Shown here piece after piece: positions 60,375 through 64,000 of a stretch of DNA of 64,000 nt. Source of the stretch: Antedon mediterranea (taxonomy: Eukaryota > Animalia > Echinodermata). The notes beneath the pieces were generated by a model. It was not told the origin of the DNA. It worked only from the letters and a program-made list of their open reading frames with translations, and ran no database searches. Every line of letters starts with the position of its first letter. Position 1 is the stretch's first letter. The DNA lies in contig NC_092677.1 in NCBI RefSeq assembly GCF_964355755.1, positions 8,330,101 to 8,394,100 of the forward strand, in the 5' to 3' direction. The position numbers were made by a program, and so were the translations under genes.

Positions 60375-63300
60375 CAGTAACTAAATTAGGAAGATTAGAA
60401 GAGAAATCACTTATAGGAAATCAAATATAAGATTATATTTATCAAACTACACAATTTATTACATTTTTCAGGTAGCTAGGTTTTCTACTGCAAATGAGCA
60501 CTGTTGCTTTTTTGTAGCTTTTGTACAAGTTTTAATACTTGGTATAAACCAATGATACGATGTATGAACCGGGGTTAGTTGGGAAAGTTCATATATTTTG
60601 ATGACATCAAATACCTACCTTGGGAGATATTCTGATCAGGCAGAGATCCGTTTTGTTAAAGTTATCTCTGTCATCAATTGCAAGAAGATAGGATCACATG
60701 CCATCTTTAGCAAACATTGTCTATTTATCAAAGTAGATGCCGATCATCATGATGGATGACATGGGACATGTTATACAGCGATCAAATTAGACGCCAATTG
60801 GGAGGATGTTCTACTGTGTGTGTATAGAGATCATCAAAGCCACCTGAATAACAAAGGAGTATATCGAGAGAAGCTTTAGTAACACTTTTCTTTTTTTAAA
60901 TTGCTGTGTTAGATTGTTTTGGCGCTGAAAAATACACTGGTTAAACAACCGCTATACTCCTGATTGACGCGAGGCCCTTGTCTAAAAGTTGCAAAAAAAC
61001 CTATTGTATTAAATCGGAGTCCATCTGAAATAAATCGGAGGTACATCGGAGTTAAATCCGAGTTTAACCACGGAAGTATAAGAGAGTTATCTGATCACGC
61101 GGCGAACACTTTACATCGAATAAAACTTGACTATATATTATTCAGATCAGCTTACTAGAACACAGACAGTTAACTTTAGTGCGTGCGATTGAACACAGAG
61201 TTTAGCTACCCGCTACATTTATGCCAAACACTGTCAGGTGTGTTAAAGAGGGCAGCAGACAACATCGGTAGCATTGTGAATGCTGTTGGAATGACGTTTT
61301 AATTCGCAATATGAGAGGTGCAGAACATTTTGTCGAAAAAAAATGTATTTATGTAAATTATTAAAGTGCAGTAGACCACATTTTTAAAACAAAGGTATCA
61401 TATTATTTCACAATTGATTACTATTCTGAATCTATTCGAATATGAAAACTGCTTTAAGATATTTTTTTTAAACCCTAACATAAAATGAAAATGTATTGTA
61501 CATTCGTAATTTAAAATAAGTACAATTATTAGAACTCGTAAAAAAAACCAATTTTTTTTATTTTCTGAAAATGCGGTTACAAATATGTCTGTTAAAAATA
61601 TCTGCACACAAAATACTTAACAAACTACAGTAAAATGAAGATGTTCAGGCCACACATTGTCAAAAACTAACATTTAGGATCATTTTTCAGTAACGAATGC
61701 GATCATGTAATTTTGAAATCAAAGACTTTGAATGAATTTTAATATTGTCCCCCCCCCCCCTAATTTTTTTGTTCAATTATTTTGTTGAATATGCTATTTT
61801 AATATCACATACTAGTTATTCACTTTGACCACAAACGGGATCGGAAAAAAAAAATTATTTATCTGAAAAAATGTAAAGCAAAAAATACTTAAATTGTCTG
61901 TCAGATAATAAGTAAAATATTTATTTTTGGGGATATTATTTTTGCAGAAGTGAATAACTTTATTAAAAATGCAAAAAAGCATATTTAAAGTCTGACTTTA
62001 TTAACCTTCATTTTTCATTGTTTTGGGGACGAATATAAGAATATGATAATTCCTCAACAAAATCATGCGACTCCAAAATTCGATTAAAGGCTGCCGGAAT
62101 TGTTATTTATTTGACGTAATTCAATAAAAATTCAATCAATCGGTAACCATGATTTGGCCTGAGAATTTTGATTTGTGTATTTAAAATTATCTTTTTCTTT
62201 TGTAGATTAAAAAACAAGAACTATAATTACGTATTATGTATGTTAAAAACTGTCTAACAAATCACATTGATACAATTTTAAACTATTTATTGATTTTAAA
62301 ATCTTGAATCGTACGATATACTTTGCTTGTTTATAGAAAGATCATGTTCTGAAATTGAGAGAAATTTTTATTTTATTTATCGAAATGGGGAAGAAATCAT
62401 AATCGATATCAAATTTCAACATGACACAAGGGTATAAAGCTCTGTTTACACAAAAAAAAAATGCTGAAATATGGTAGTGATGCTCAAATATTATGGTAGT
62501 GATATGACATCATTTCCATGGGCATGTCACATTTTTTTTTGGTCACATTATGTTTGATAGTGTAGACTTAAAACAGGGTGTTCAGTACACTGCAGGTTTT
62601 TTGTGTGTTAAATTCATAATAAAGGTGGGGAGAGGTTGCCCGGGCCACTCTCTTTTTTCCTGTATTGTACGAACAATTTATTCAAATCATTTCGTCACCT
62701 CTTATGATTTATTGTCATGCATTGCTGATAATATAATATAGATTATGTAAATTATGTATTTTATGTGCTTTTGGGAAATGATATTTTATCCAGGAATAAA
62801 TTTGATATATAGGCCTACAGCCTGTATATGTAGTTAAAAGGTCACTGTAGTTCTAGCATTGTTTTGCTTGTGTTCACATTAATATGTAGGGCCTATATTT
62901 TCCGGTTTTATTTTTAATATAATTTTTGAATTAATGTTCCATTATTTTTGTGAACATTAATATAAAGATACAATGTTCGGTTAGTATCAAAGACTAAGAA
63001 TTTGTAGTCACTCAAGTTGCTCAACCATAAAAATAATATTGAAAAGTTGGGCTGTACTAAAATAACTACAGACAGAGTGGCCTACTGTGACTGTACTTAG
63101 TGTACTGACGTCGCACAAAAACGTTTGAATTGAACAGATTTCACTTAATTCTAATCGCAGTACAGTTTTGTCAACTAAAAGGTGAGATTTCTTTATCCTT
63201 TATGGCTGTTTTTTTATTAATTTGCAATAATGAAAAGTCGTCACGATCCCCATACGTAGGTAGGGACTAGGCTAGCCACATGTCTGTTGTATTGTATAAA

Positions 63301-63716
63301 TAAATGTTTAGTTATCGGGACTTCCTGAATGGCGAGTGCCCATGGTCGAGGCTAGATCAAATAAAGTGTAGGCCTAGCTGTAAAAGATAAGATTGAAAAA
63401 GCGCACATATCCACAAAGTGCTCAAGGCGCTTGTGAAAACCATGAAAAATACTAACCTTGAAACTAAAAACCACAACAAATTAAAAAAAAAAACGGAATA
63501 AAAGCATACAAAACGAACCCACATAAAATATGTATGGAACGCAAAGCGAGTCTTCAGGATCACCAAACCTAGGCCTAGTTAATTTCTCATTTTATGGTCC
63601 GTACCACGTAATGTAGTAAGTGATATAGGTTTCAGTGCGAGCCCATCATTTCAGCTGCTGCCTGCTGTCAGTAGTTTTAGATAGAAGGTTTTCGTTTTTT
63701 TTTTCCAGATTTCAAA

Positions 63717-63985
63717 ATGTCGGAAGAACTAGTGACACATTATGGTGGATGTCACTGTGGTGCCATAAGGTTTCAAGTCCAGGCACCACCTGCTATCAAA
63801 GCTATAAAGTGCGAGTGAGTACATAACTGTAGCAGCCTCTTATAATGAATTTTATTATTTCTCGCATATAAATTATTGTGCAAACTGAATAAACAATTGT
63901 AAATTTATTTTGTAGCTGCAGCATTTGTGAAAAGAAACAAAACATTCATTTTATTGTTCCTGCATCTAGATTCAAATTACTTCAG
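63717..63985 (+). CDS. CENPV: Centromere protein V (GFA family), first two coding exons; gene continues beyond the window
   Basis: Exons 63717-63814 and 63916-63985 give [56 protein letters not shown], with the GGCHCG and CxCSIC Zn motifs and the CENP-V-typical [17 protein letters not shown]. Not in the ORF track because it is spliced. Confidence 0.92.
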
Positions 63986-64000
63986 GTGAATTAAAACCAA

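Overview
This is AT-rich, intron-containing DNA from an invertebrate animal, probably a marine deuterostome such as an echinoderm; the taxon is inferred, not shown. All gene models were spliced by hand from GT/GC-AG sites and reading phase. From left to right: (1) the 3' two-thirds of a CARMIL/LRRC16 gene (+, stop at 19311), whose introns carry Penelope-like retroelement debris with hammerhead ribozymes, a tRNA-like unit and several MITEs; (2) a ~61-bp AT-rich satellite; (3) three paralogous secreted multidomain genes, A (+, 24261-30558), B (-, 37838-32226) and C (+, 38621-50594), each encoding signal peptide - degenerate CAP/SCP domain - EGF - Thr-rich stalk - EGF - unnamed 3-Cys module - EGF - EGF - C-terminal ShKT. 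The stalk is ~33 aa in A, ~400 aa of 12-aa repeats in B and ~2070 aa in a single 6.2-kb exon in C, and B carries two TAG stops plus a frameshift; (4) a complete RSPRY1 orthologue (+, 52205-60374); (5) the first coding exons of a CENP-V (GFA family) gene at the right edge. The most notable items are the CAP-mucin-ShKT cluster and a 98-bp hammerhead-only insertion flanked by a 15-bp direct repeat.
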